Source: Vairimorpha necatrix (lineage: Eukaryota). Taken from it: DNA of 64,000 nucleotides. Position 1 is the stretch's first letter. Each line of letters begins with the position of its first letter. Shown here in pieces: positions 1-11,194 of this stretch. The notes below the pieces were generated by a model. The model was not told where the DNA came from, ran no database searches, and saw only the letters and a program-made list of their open reading frames with translations. The stretch is taken from assembly GCA_036630325.1 (NCBI GenBank), contig CP142727.1:868001-932000 (forward strand). Reading direction: 5' to 3'. A program made the translations under genes and the position numbers.

Positions 1-22
1 AAATTCACAAATAAAATATGTC

Positions 23-328
23 ATGGATAAAATAAATAATAGAAAAATTAGAACATATACTAGATTGAGGTGTAATCTAGTAAGGTGGTCCTCAGCAATA
101 GCAAATTCAAAAAGAATACCAATGAGTTATAAAAGCAAATGCTTTCTGTGTGATGGACCACAAGAAAATTTAGAACATTTTCTGTTAGAGTGCGTCTGTT
201 TAACTGACATTAGAACATCTTTTGAAAATAAACTGCCTCTACTGACTTGTTCAAAAACAAATAACCAAGAAAAAACCAAACAACTCCTTGGTAATAAAAT
301 CGGACTAAAAATAACCCAGATAAGATAA
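23..328 (+). pseudogene. C-terminal remnant of a non-LTR retrotransposon RT ORF (zinc-binding CxxC..E..EH...C region)
   Basis: Translation contains CFLCDGPQENLEHFLLECVCL, typical of the Cys/His motif after RT in LINE ORF2. The upstream part lies outside the window. Confidence 0.6.
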
Positions 329-799
329 AAGAACTTTGTTGCACTATAGAGTTCTTAGATAAAATGGTTGTCTCTAGAAGAATTATATTTGAAAAGAAAC
401 TTAAAGAGATAACAAAACAGGATAATTAATATGAATAATTAGAAACAATAAAATCTAGAAATAGAAGAAAGAGATGTTATTTTACTAACAAGAAAACTTT
501 TATAATGAGTATATTTGACCCGGGAGAGGCCGGGCATGATACTGATGCTGTATTGTTCCGCTGAACTGAGTCGTTTTCTTAAATGGTGTATTATGCCAGG
601 CGCTTTCGTTTTTCATCAGACTCATGAAATTGGGTCTCTAGTCAATTATGACTAAGGATGTATCCTATGGGAACAAACTTTTCTCCTACAAGCGAGGCCG
701 TTAAGGTATGCTGGTGTGTAAACGCAATTATTGATGATTTATCTTTATTGGTGAGATTTTGGTGGCTTTTCTTCGTTTTGTTGATATTGTATTTTTTTC

Positions 800-1148
800 T
801 GTGGTATAATGGACCATACCACATGATTTCTAAAAACCAATAAATACTAAAACGCTGATGCTTCTTCGGAACGAACAGCTATGGTCGACTATTATTGGTC
901 AGCCAAATCTTATTTCTTTCTATTGGTTACTATGTAATATAAATAGAGAAATTCCATGAACAACATGGTACAACATCAGAACGCAAACCAACACTCTTCC
1001 TTCTACAAATCAGATAAACAAAACTCTTTTCATAACAATAAACAATCCTTTCCCTTTAACTCCTTTAACTCCGGTCTTCTTGGCACCTCAACCCGTAGCA
1101 TCATTGAATGCTTCCTTGCCACAGGCAAGCTTCCCGGTAAACACGCCA
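800..1148 (+). repeat. 5' LTR of element A
   Basis: TGTGGTAT...ACACGCCA, near-identical to 7483-7831. Contains several CCAAT/ATTGG motifs and the gag ATG at 956. Confidence 0.92.
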
Positions 1149-1222
1149 ATTTGAGCTCAAATGGCATTAAAGGTAAAAAACCAGTTACAGCTGATAAAAA
1201 ACATCATTCCGCGGAATTTTAA
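956..1222 (+). pseudogene. N-terminal gag fragment of element A, starting inside the LTR
   Basis: ORF MNNMVQHQ... runs across the LTR 3' boundary into the internal region. The rest of gag resumes after the nested element at 5393. Confidence 0.55.
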
Positions 1223-1570
1223 ATAATAGTTGAAGGAACAGACGTACCCATCATCGAACATATACTCAAAATATTTAATATTAAAACCGACCCAACAACT
1301 GCGGGTCTCAAAGAGTTCGAAACTCCTTCTGAGTATAATAAGTGGAATGACACATAAGCCGGTCAAATCTACCTGTGGTATCCACCACTTAGGAAAGTAT
1401 GTAAAATATTTTTATTATTAATATTAGATCTTCTTTCCATTACTCCGTACCCCTCTCCGGATAAAATTATTTAATAAATGTTGGAGGGAAAACTGGAAGA
1501 ATTTGGCGGGAAATATTTATAAATTATTTTTATGATATTTGGGATATCATAATCTGCCTCTCCTTAGATT

Positions 1571-3235
1571 TTATTGTTTAGTATCCGCAATGTGAACCCA
1601 TTCATATATTCCCTTGACTTTGATCCATCTGTTATTTTTGCTAACTAATTCTACTACGTATGGCCCTTTAAATGCCTTTTCCCATTTCTTGCCTTGAAAG
1701 TTTTTCACGTATACTTTATCTCCGATTTTCAGTTCGATGATACTTTTCTTAGCTGTATACGGTTTCTTACTGCTTGATATTTTCTTCAGCTGGATTCTGT
1801 CTTCAGGATCATATTGATTGGTACCTGATACCAATTCTTCAGGTGCACATCCTATTGATCTTCTATAGTTCTTATTAAGCCTAATCTCTATATTTTCTAT
1901 TATGTTTTCCAAAGATTTTTTCTTATATAATCTGATTATTTCAGAGATAGTGCTATTTGTTCTCTCACAGATACCATTGCTCTGTGGATGGTATTTCGGA
2001 ACATGTATAAGATTTATGTTATTCTTATCAGTAAATTCTTTTACTAAATTACTAGTATACTGTGTTCCGTTATCAGTAATTATTGTTTTTGGATGGTGAA
2101 ATTCATTACACCATTTTACAAAACACTCTACCACTCTTTTATCTGTAATTTCTCTTAATTTATATACCTTTGTGTATCTTGTGTAAACATCAATTATGGT
2201 CATTATATACAGTTTTTTATTATTTATTTTTGTTGGACCATATATGTCTGAACAAATTTTATCAAACGGCGCTCTTGCTTTAATTTCTAGTTTATTATCA
2301 AATCTGTGATAGCTAAATTTTTTATTAAATTTACAGTTCTGACAACTGTTAACTACTTTTCTTATGATTTCTTTTATGTTATTTATATAATAATAATCTT
2401 TCAAATTGTTATATAGTACAAACATCCCTGCATGCTTGCTTTTTAGGTGCATATTTTTGACTAAATTTTCACTTTCATTGGGCTTAATATAAAGTTTACC
2501 GTTCTTCTTAATTTTTGTAACTGCCGGCGTCTCTTTTAGTAATATATTATCTTCCCTTTCATTATTACTCTTTACTTGCAGTACTTCATCTGATGGTATT
2601 CGCGATAAATAGTCTGCGATTACGTTTTTCTTTCCTTCGATGCTTTCTAATGTAAAATTATATTCATTAAGCATTAATTTCCATCTTATCATTCTACTAT
2701 TATTATTTTGTGTTTCGAATAAGCAATTTCTGTTATCACACATAAATTTTACTTGATATCCCAGAATGATTCCTTTAAAAAACATTAAACTCTGTAAGAT
2801 TGCGAACATCTCCTTTTCAACAATCGTGTAGTTTATCTCAGTTTCTGTAAACTTCTTACTATAATATCCTATGCATCCATGTTTTTGAAATAATACTGCT
2901 CCCATGGCTTTATCAGATGCATCAGTCTGTAACCAGAATTCTTCGTCATATTTAGGGGACACTAATTTTCCGTTTTCTTCAATTTCTGTGATCAAATCTT
3001 TTATATCTTGCTTGTCTTTCTCTGTTAGGTCTATCTTTTGCTCTACTCCTTTTAATTTATCCGTTAAGTTCAATACTTTAGCACTTAAATTTTGTACAAA
3101 TTCTCGGTACCAATTCAATACCCCTAAAATTTTCTGTAATTCTCGGCGTTTTGATATATTTAGTTTTACTAGCAACTTATCAATACTAGCAACATTGGGT
3201 CTGATTTCTTTTTCGTTTATTATCAGTCCCAACAT
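1571..3235 (-). CDS. pol: pol 3' part of element B (RT thumb, RNase H, integrase, GPY/F)
   Basis: LQTDASDKAMGAVL (RNase H), H..H/C..C zinc finger, DIYGP...IIDVYTRY...ITDNGTQY...ERTN (DDE), KGPY. Separated from the upstream ORF by a frameshift in the A-run near 3275. Confidence 0.9.
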   Translation of the reverse strand: MLGLIINEKEIRPNVASIDKLLVKLNISKRRELQKILGVLNWYREFVQNLSAKVLNLTDKLKGVEQKIDLTEKDKQDIKDLITEIEENGKLVSPKYDEEFWLQTDASDKAMGAVLFQKHGCIGYYSKKFTETEINYTIVEKEMFAILQSLMFFKGIILGYQVKFMCDNRNCLFETQNNNSRMIRWKLMLNEYNFTLESIEGKKNVIADYLSRIPSDEVLQVKSNNEREDNILLKETPAVTKIKKNGKLYIKPNESENLVKNMHLKSKHAGMFVLYNNLKDYYYINNIKEIIRKVVNSCQNCKFNKKFSYHRFDNKLEIKARAPFDKICSDIYGPTKINNKKLYIMTIIDVYTRYTKVYKLREITDKRVVECFVKWCNEFHHPKTIITDNGTQYTSNLVKEFTDKNNINLIHVPKYHPQSNGICERTNSTISEIIRLYKKKSLENIIENIEIRLNKNYRRSIGCAPEELVSGTNQYDPEDRIQLKKISSSKKPYTAKKSIIELKIGDKVYVKNFQGKKWEKAFKGPYVVELVSKNNRWIKVKGIYEWVHIADTKQ

Positions 3236-3272
3236 TTCAACTTCTTTAACACCGAATATGCTTTTTTCAAAG

Positions 3273-4598
3273 TTAATTTTTTACTTTGTAACTAGCCAAC
3301 CCATCTAATACTTTGTATAAAACCTCATTATGCTCTTCTTTGGTTGTGGTATATATTAAAATATCATCAATGTATACTACCACATTCGGTATTTCAGCTA
3401 TTATTTTGTTGATAGTCCTTTGGAATAATTTTGGACCCGATTTAATACCAAATGGGATTCTGGTATATTTGTATATGTTTCCTAAAATTTTAAAACTTGT
3501 TAAATTCATAGAATTTTCTTCTATGGGTACTTGATTAAATCCATTTTTTAAATCAATTTTAGTAAAATATTTTGCCCCTTTGACCTCGTTAACCAAATCT
3601 TTAATTTTGGGCAATACATCTAATTCATCAATTATATTTTTGTTTAATTCTCTGTAGTCTACTACTAATCTTATCTCGTCATTTTTCTTAGCAATAACAA
3701 ACGCTGGACTGCTATACTTACTTTCACTATATTTAATAATTTTCTCTTTCAGCAATCTTTGTATCTCTTGTTTAGTCGCTTCAAGGAATTTATGTGGAAT
3801 AGTGTATTTCTTATTTATCAACTTTAAATCCTCTTTTGTGTTGATATCAAATGAAACTTTTTTAATTTTCATCTCTTTATACAAATCATTATTTTTTATG
3901 TATTGTATTATTTTTGAAGTATTTTTCATGCTGACGTTTTCCTCATTTATTGAAAAGCATTTTTGCATTAATAGATCTTTGTTTTCCTCGAATGGTTGAG
4001 GCAATCCGTTAACCATGTTAATAACATTCTTGTTATGATGTATTGTTTGGGTTATAAAATTTAGAATAATTTGATTCTCACTTAAAAACTCTACTCCTAA
4101 GATTATATCTGTTGATAATTCTTTTATCACGTGCAATTTTACTTCATTGTTTATATTTAAATTTTTTATACTAATCTTCTCTTCTATTATCTCATCTGAT
4201 TTTTCCTGATAACCGTTTCCAAATATAAATCCAACCACTCTGTCTTTTCTTGCTATGGTACCCAATTTCTTAACCTTTTCTGATCTTATTAAATTTTTGG
4301 TACATCCTGTATCTAAAATAGCGATTACAGTGTGGCCATTAATTGATACTGGAAGTTTTACTGTTAAATATTCGGACTTCTCTTTTAAAACTACTTTACA
4401 AAGAGAAAACTTAAGATCTTTATTTGTTTTTAATTCATCTGTTTTAATCGTTTTATTCTTATTCTCAATTCGTTTGCTTTTAGTGAAACACTCACTGGTG
4501 TTATGCGTTCTTGATCTATGCAAGCTACACCATCGATTCATCTCATTTCTCTGTCTTGGTTCATTGACCTCGACGGGGGCATTTCTAGATAACTCCAA
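3273..4598 (-). CDS. pol: gag C-terminus/protease/RT of element B
   Basis: WCSLHRSRTHNTSEC knuckle, AILDTGC protease motif, RLVVDYRELN, KIDLKNGF, YIDD. Confidence 0.9.
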   Translation of the reverse strand: MELSRNAPVEVNEPRQRNEMNRWCSLHRSRTHNTSECFTKSKRIENKNKTIKTDELKTNKDLKFSLCKVVLKEKSEYLTVKLPVSINGHTVIAILDTGCTKNLIRSEKVKKLGTIARKDRVVGFIFGNGYQEKSDEIIEEKISIKNLNINNEVKLHVIKELSTDIILGVEFLSENQIILNFITQTIHHNKNVINMVNGLPQPFEENKDLLMQKCFSINEENVSMKNTSKIIQYIKNNDLYKEMKIKKVSFDINTKEDLKLINKKYTIPHKFLEATKQEIQRLLKEKIIKYSESKYSSPAFVIAKKNDEIRLVVDYRELNKNIIDELDVLPKIKDLVNEVKGAKYFTKIDLKNGFNQVPIEENSMNLTSFKILGNIYKYTRIPFGIKSGPKLFQRTINKIIAEIPNVVVYIDDILIYTTTKEEHNEVLYKVLDGLASYKVKN

Positions 4599-4604
4599 GT
4601 CATT

Positions 4605-5276
4605 CTAAATTCTGACTACTAATTCTTTCTCCAAGTTTACCAAAAGGTTTATAATATCCTTGACATTCTTGGTACTTGATTTCATCACATAATCTTTGGT
4701 AGCGTTAGATAAGGCATTCAAACAAATTTCATTAAATCTTCGCTCATACTCACTCTTGGTATATTTTTCTAAAAATGCTGCTACTTCAAGCTTGGCATGG
4801 ATATCGACAAACATATCTTCTATCAAATCATAATTTTCTTGTTTAATCTCTAACAATTTAATTCCCGAATTTGAAAACAAGTGATGTGGATATGCGGCAC
4901 TTAATATTTCTTCTTTACTTTTTAAATAATTTTTAGAACTATCTTTTCCTTTCCATTCTTTAATTTCGATTAAATTTTGTAATACTAGGAGAGTCTCTTC
5001 CTCGTCCCATTCAAGTTTATTACGTAGTTCTTCGAACTTTCGAAACCATTCTAGCATATTGGTTTTCTCGATGTTGTTTACAATCTCTAATTGTTTGATA
5101 ATAGGCTGCTTTAGGCCTTTAACATTGATCTCGAAGCTGATCATGTTTCTCTGTTCTTTAATCTCTATCCTTTTGGTTAGTTTAGGATACGTCTTTGTTA
5201 AATTTAACTTGTGGTATCCACCACTTAGGAAAGTATGTAAAATATTTTTATTATTAATATTAGATCTTCTTTCCAT
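4605..5276 (-). CDS. gag: gag of element B
   Basis: ATG at 5276 lies inside the 5' LTR. In frame with the 3273-4598 ORF, separated only by one TAG at 4605-4607. Confidence 0.75.
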   Translation of the reverse strand: MERRSNINNKNILHTFLSGGYHKLNLTKTYPKLTKRIEIKEQRNMISFEINVKGLKQPIIKQLEIVNNIEKTNMLEWFRKFEELRNKLEWDEEETLLVLQNLIEIKEWKGKDSSKNYLKSKEEILSAAYPHHLFSNSGIKLLEIKQENYDLIEDMFVDIHAKLEVAAFLEKYTKSEYERRFNEICLNALSNATKDYVMKSSTKNVKDIINLLVNLEKELVVRI

Positions 5277-5622
5277 TACTCCGTACCCCTCTCCGGATAA
5301 AATTATCAAATAAATGTTGGAGGGAAAACTGGAAGAATTTGGCGGGAAATATTTATAAATTATTTTTATGATATTTGGGATATCATACTACCATATTCTA
5401 ATCTATGATTCCACTTATAAATCAAAATTAACAAATAAAAGTTATAAAGCATTAAGAAAAGAACTTCTTAATATACTATACCCCAAAACATAACACCGAA
5501 TAATCTCTCAAAAACTTGATTATATTAAACAGTGAAATTACTTTACCATAAATGAATACATGGATAAAACTACTTAAGAATTAGAAGTATACACTCATAT
5601 TGACGAACTTTCTCGGAAAGAA

Positions 5623-7467
5623 TTGGAGCAAAAACAAGAAGAAATATTCTTTAGAGTATTGGACAAATACACAACAATTAAAATAGCCGACCAAAAACTT
5701 AAATCGGCATTATTTGAAGAAATTATACAGTTCCTAGTAGACCTTGAAGAAAATATTTTAGCACAGTCAACAGAGACAAGTCAACGTGCTGTAAAAGACA
5801 TAGGATTTACCAAAACTACAAATAACTTCACAAGCAAGAAATGGTGCAAGTATCATAACTCCAAATTCTATAACACCAAAGATTGTTCGCTTCATAAGAA
5901 CACCCCATCTAATAATAATAAAAATCTTATTATATTGGAACAAAAAACTGATAGTCATGAAGGCATTAAAATCAATGGGGAAATTAATGACACTATGTTA
6001 CAGTTATTCGTGGACACAGGGGCTACATGCAATTATATACATGAGAACATTGTCAATATATTAAAACTGCCAATATTTGAAACAAACCCCCTTACTATGG
6101 TATTCGGCAATGGCACAAAAGAAACAACTAATAAGATAGTCGAATCAAGATTAGATATCAGTGGTAGAACATTCTTGATAAAGTTTTATGTATTACACAA
6201 AATTCCAGAGGATATAATTGTAGGTTATGAATTCCTCGCGGCAAACTCGCAGTTGTTAAACATTAAAAAGAAAATTATTATTGTGGACAAAGGAACGATA
6301 ATTCCATTCATTGGCTCGAAAAATCATCAGAAGAGATGCTAGATGAAGTATTAGCAGAAAATACTTGTCTAACCATTATTAACAAAATTTTTCATATTAA
6401 GGGGGCAGATAATATTGCTGCGGACTCCCTATCGCGATGCCTCATATCTCAGGCAACATCGCTAAAAGTAAAGTATGATAATGCTGTAAGAAGAGCTTGC
6501 GCGTCAAACAACGACGCGTTACAAATAAATGACAAAGGTAAACTAATAGTTAAATATGACAAGATCAAGTTCGTTGCTTAAGACTATACACAAAATATCA
6601 GGACACCGAGGGGGTTCAACGCTCTATAACAATATAAAAAATTATATTTACGTTAAAGATGCTCTGAAGAACATAACAAAAACAGTCCACAAATGTAACA
6701 TCTGCAGAAACTATAAGATTATTAATAACAAGAATCAACAAGAAATAAGAATGAACTCCGGCAAGCTATACGAACGAATCTCAACGGATATTTTTGGGCC
6801 TTTCTAATATTATACACCCATTCCTAATTCCGAAAAGAGGACAGGATATATCTTAACAATAACAGATATATATTCAAGAGAAACACACTTAGTTTTTTAC
6901 AAGCAATTAAGACACAAGAACTTATAGACGCCGTAGAATATTGGATTTCTAGTAGAGCAAAACCAAAGCATTTGATCTCAGATAACGGACGGCAATACAC
7001 CTCAACCGACTTCACTAATTACCTTACGGACATGGATATAAACCATATTCTTATACCAACATATACACCAAGATCCAATGGTATATCAGAGAGAATCAAT
7101 CAAACCATTACTTTTATCATATCTATTAATAAATATAGAAATATTTACGACACCGTCAAAGAAGCAGAGAACACTTTAAATAACAATTATAATCGAGGTA
7201 TTGAACTTCACTTATCTCTTAACGCACAAAAAGGATTTCTTCGATATCGAAAATAAGCTTCAAAACTTTAGAATAAATACAAAGAATTTATCATACACCC
7301 CAAAGTTTAAAGTGGGAGATATAGTATATAAGCGAAATCTAAAGGCAGGAAAGCTCGATCGTAAGTATGGACATAAACAAAGCATAGAAGAAGTTGGAAG
7401 TAAAGGGAATTGGGTTCGCCTAAAGAATGAAGAATCTTGGACGCACGTCCGAAACCTAAAGTGCTAG
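5623..7467 (+). pseudogene. Degenerate gag-PR / integrase of element A
   Basis: WCKYHNSKFYNTKDC and LFVDTGAT, then directly HIKGADNIAADSLSR (end of RNase H region), DIFGP, ISDNGRQY, SERIN. Several frameshifts, and RT is absent. Confidence 0.88.
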
Positions 7468-7482
7468 TCGAAGGTGGCAGTA

Positions 7483-7831
7483 TGTGGTATAATGGATCAT
7501 ACCACATGATTTCTAAAAACCAATAAATACTAAAACGCTGATGCTTCTTCGGAACGATCAGCTATGGTCGACTATTATTGGTCAGCCAAATCTTATTTCT
7601 TTCTATTGGTTACTATGTGACATAAATAGAGAAATTCCATGAACAACATGGTACAACATCAGAACGCAAACCAACACTCTTCCTTCTACAAATCAGATAA
7701 ACAAAACTCTTTTCATAACAATAAACAATCCTTTCCCTTTAACTCTTTTAACTCCGGTCTTCACGGCACCCCAAACCGTAGCATCATTGAATGCTTCCTT
7801 GCCACAGGCAAGCTATCCGTAAAACACGCCA
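7483..7831 (+). repeat. 3' LTR of element A
   Basis: Direct repeat of 800-1148, followed by TSD TTTTC. Confidence 0.92.
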
Positions 7832-8131
7832 TTTTCAATAAACAATTTTATTTTTTTTAATATCACAGATTCGATTTTTTTTCCTTTTGTGAGTGTTTCC
7901 GGTCCAATTAAATCTGTCGATGTGTAGAGACATGATTTGATAGAAAAAAGGGGCTAAAAGAATGCAAATAAAATTCAATTAAAAAGTAAAATTTGAATCA
8001 ATTTCATAATATAATTCGATCACATGTTTGACGTATAAATTAAATCTGTTTTAACTTAAATTATTTTGTGATTAAAAAATTTGTTAAATAAAGTGGGGGT
8101 TCAATATATTTTCAAGTTTTCATCCTTTAAT

Positions 8132-9751
8132 ATGAATGAATCTGATGAAGAAGATTTACTAGAAAAGGACAAAATTAAAAAGATATCATTAGCAACGCTA
8201 GATGATGAATTTAGTGAAAATAAAGAGACGAAGTTGTATAAAATACGAAATAAATCTTATGATATTTTACAAAAACTTGATTCCATTACACCTTCCAAAA
8301 TAGAATCAGCACTTCAACATGTTAAGTTACTCAAAAAAGAGATGGGCTTAAAATATCCAGCTTTGTTTGATGCAGACCCCATGATCATATTTTGTCATGT
8401 AGATCTTGATTCATTTTACGCTAGTGTGGAATCATTGGAAAATCCCGAATATAAGACAATACCTTTAGGCGTTGGTAATATGAACATGCTCGCTACTTGT
8501 AATTATGTAGCAAGAAAATATGGTATAAGGGCTGGTATGCCTGGATATATGGCAAAACAATTATGTCCAACTCTTAAGATAGTTAAATGTGATTTTCAAA
8601 AATATAATTTTTTCAGTGAACAAGTTATGAGTGTATTGTCAATTTTTGATGAAGAAATTGAAATTTATGGAATTGATGAGGCATGTTTGACATTTGATGT
8701 ATTGAAATTTAAAAATTCGGTATCAAAAATGAACATGATAGGGTTTAATATTTCATTATTAAACAAAGAAGATAAAAACAAATTTCAATTTAAAGAATAC
8801 TTTCATGATCGTTCTGTTTATGTGCCAATGACATCTACGAAGTTTAATTTTATAAACATTAAAAAATTAATAGACAATATTAGGCATTTAGTATTTTTAC
8901 GTACTGGTCTTACAATATCGGGGGGAATTTCTGTGACAAGGGGATTGAGTAAATATGCATGTGGAATAAATAAGCCCAATGGATCTTTTGTAATTGATAA
9001 AGATTTTGATGGTCATATTTTGGATTTAGAAACTGATAAAATTAATGGTATCGGTTCTGCCACTAAAGAATTTCTTGCAAAGTCTTATAAAATTAGAACT
9101 ATAAGGGAACTTAGAGATAACCTACATTTTCTATATCTAACTATGCCTTATAAATCATTTAAAAATTTGTTTTATTTATCATATGGTCTTTCTATATTTG
9201 ATTTTAGTGATAGAACAAATAAGTCAAGACAATCTGTCGGCAAAAATGTGACATTTAGATCCACTATTGATCATTCTGAAATCTGTACAATTCTATGGCG
9301 TTGTTGCACTTCGTTAAGTGATAAACTCAAAATGAAAAATATAAAATGTAATATAATAACACTAAATTATAAAACGTCTAATTTTAGTAGTAAAACTAAA
9401 CAGATTAAATTAAACAAGAAGATCAATGAAGATATTGAAATTTTTAATGTTGGTTACGATTTATTAATGGACAGTAAGCTTTTAACAACTAATAAAAATA
9501 TTCTTAATCCTATTAGACTCTTGGGCATAACTCGTAGTGGTTTTTCAAATGATGATAGCAACGGACTGTCTAAGTTCCTCGGATCTGTATATGAGAAGAA
9601 AATTTGTCCAGTCTGCAAAAAAGCATCCTTACATTTAAATAATTTTTTATTTGAGAGCCATGTCAACAGTTGTATAAATGCTCAGCAAACTGAAGAGACC
9701 AAGCGTAAAAGCACACTTGACGCATATATAAAGAAAAAAAATCGAGAATAA
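8132..9751 (+). CDS. POLK: Y-family DNA polymerase kappa / DinB homologue
   Basis: HVDLDSFYASVE, ATCNYVARKYGIRAGMP, GIDEA, NKPNG, INGIG (HhH), IRLLGI, C-terminal UBZ-like CPVC...HVNSC and PIP-like TLDAYI. ATG 8132 is preferred over the TTG at 8081. Confidence 0.92.
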   Translation: MNESDEEDLLEKDKIKKISLATLDDEFSENKETKLYKIRNKSYDILQKLDSITPSKIESALQHVKLLKKEMGLKYPALFDADPMIIFCHVDLDSFYASVESLENPEYKTIPLGVGNMNMLATCNYVARKYGIRAGMPGYMAKQLCPTLKIVKCDFQKYNFFSEQVMSVLSIFDEEIEIYGIDEACLTFDVLKFKNSVSKMNMIGFNISLLNKEDKNKFQFKEYFHDRSVYVPMTSTKFNFINIKKLIDNIRHLVFLRTGLTISGGISVTRGLSKYACGINKPNGSFVIDKDFDGHILDLETDKINGIGSATKEFLAKSYKIRTIRELRDNLHFLYLTMPYKSFKNLFYLSYGLSIFDFSDRTNKSRQSVGKNVTFRSTIDHSEICTILWRCCTSLSDKLKMKNIKCNIITLNYKTSNFSSKTKQIKLNKKINEDIEIFNVGYDLLMDSKLLTTNKNILNPIRLLGITRSGFSNDDSNGLSKFLGSVYEKKICPVCKKASLHLNNFLFESHVNSCINAQQTEETKRKSTLDAYIKKKNRE

Positions 9752-11194
9752 CTAACCAAAAATAACCTATATCGTTTAACGTAGTTCTAATAGGGCACAA
9801 TCCAATCGGAAAATATTTATTTTTTTCAAAAATTGTAAGAGCAGATAATTACAAACATAAAATAAAATAAAATTTATTCTTTAAAGTTACCTTATTTATA
9901 TGATTATTTCGATTACTTGGGCTCTTATAACTTATTTTACAGTTCTGAATTTTAATTTGTTTGTTGTACTCCGAAATTACACTCCAGTATTTAGGGGATT
10001 TGTATTATGGGATTATCTATTTCTAGCACTATTAACACAGCATTTGGTTACAGAAATAGCAAAAATGCATGTTTATAAAAAACTGCAAATCAAATGTATA
10101 TAAGAATTGAGGAACACAATAACTTGGTAAATCGGAGAATACACACTGTAAAAATGTATTTAATGTATTTTTAAACCCTTATCTTACCATTGGGCTGTTT
10201 TATTATACTTCCCCGTAGGAAGCATGTTCAAAAAAATTCACATAATTTAGATATAAAGGAATGAAGAAAACTGATTTTTATGGATGAGTATAAAGTAAAT
10301 AAATTGATTTTATTTCACTTTTCCTAAAACTAAGGCTGTAATATAGATATACCATTGTAATTATTTTTGTAGTGTGATTATAGATAAACTTAGTTTCTTT
10401 CGAATTGATAAAAAAGAAATATATGAAATAAAAGGCCCAAAAATAATGGCTATGACGAATTTGACGTATACATTCCAGTTAAACCACATGATGGCCTAGG
10501 ATGCACAGTATATTTACGTTCTTATACTTTATTTAAAAGATGTAGCTGGTTTCAGTTTACATATACTTATTATAACGCCGATACTATTTATAATTCAATA
10601 TAATACACTGTGATATACAATATTTACATACAGTTTTAGGAATCATTATTATGATTGAATAATTTAAGAATTATGATTTTTTTTGGTATATAATAATTCT
10701 TGCTTACTTATTTGATGTCTTGATAATCTCACAATTTATTGATTATGACTAATTAGAAAAGAAAAAATCCTGATCGACGACAAAACAAAAAACTCCTTTA
10801 GCGCCAAAAACTAAGATGGATACATCCTTAAGGGCTACTAATATATCCCTTTCCCAAAGCAGCCACGATTTTAATATATAAAATATAAATAGATTTAAAT
10901 TGTATTGAGTAAAAGGTATCCCACTAAGCTATTTCGCATGTTATATAAAATTCGTTGGGTTCTAATTATTCATAGTTCGTTTAAATATACCATATAATAT
11001 GTATATTTTAATATTTACATGAATATTAATAATTCAAAAATCGCCCATTTTATAAAGTGTTTACTATACTATGCTTTAATTACTATGTTTCCATAATTCT
11101 TTCCATTTCTAATAATAGTATGATGGCTTCTTGATACTTACTTCGATATTAGTAATTCTAACAAGATTTGTTTTATTCACGATATTTTAAAAAT

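Larger units (their letters stand above)
1374..5387 (-). mobile_element. Ty3/gypsy LTR retrotransposon B, near-intact, nested in A
   Basis: 178-bp LTRs at 1374-1551 and 5210-5387, in which I see 2 differences. TSD CTACC at 1369-1373 and 5388-5392. PPT AAGGAGAGGCAGAT next to the 3' LTR. Gag-PR-RT-RH-IN order. Confidence 0.95.
800..7831 (+). mobile_element. Ty3/gypsy LTR retrotransposon A, non-autonomous (RT/RNase H deleted), interrupted by element B
   Basis: 349-bp direct repeats at 800-1148 and 7483-7831 (TG...CA). TSD TTTTC at 795-799 and 7832-7836. Purine-rich tract GAAGGTGGCAG before the 3' LTR. Gag, protease and integrase remnants inside. Confidence 0.92.

Noticed and set aside
560-630. 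Hammerhead-like core CTGATGA-AAAAC-GAAA on the minus strand
   Set aside because: No stem II pair, and no stem III/NUH cleavage triplet could be built in type I or type III topology.
852-885. CTGATGC...GGAAC/GAAAC in the A LTR as a hammerhead
   Set aside because: The core has C in place of the invariant A9, and several copies read CCGATG or GGAA.
1430-1500. Twister-ribozyme-like words (CCGGATAAAA...TGGAGGG) in the B LTR
   Set aside because: The conserved L1 UAA and L4 AAGC elements are missing, and it is the antisense strand of the element.
1902-5313. Antisense ORFs overlapping pol/gag (also over the other TEs)
   Set aside because: Shadow ORFs of real coding frames with no independent evidence.
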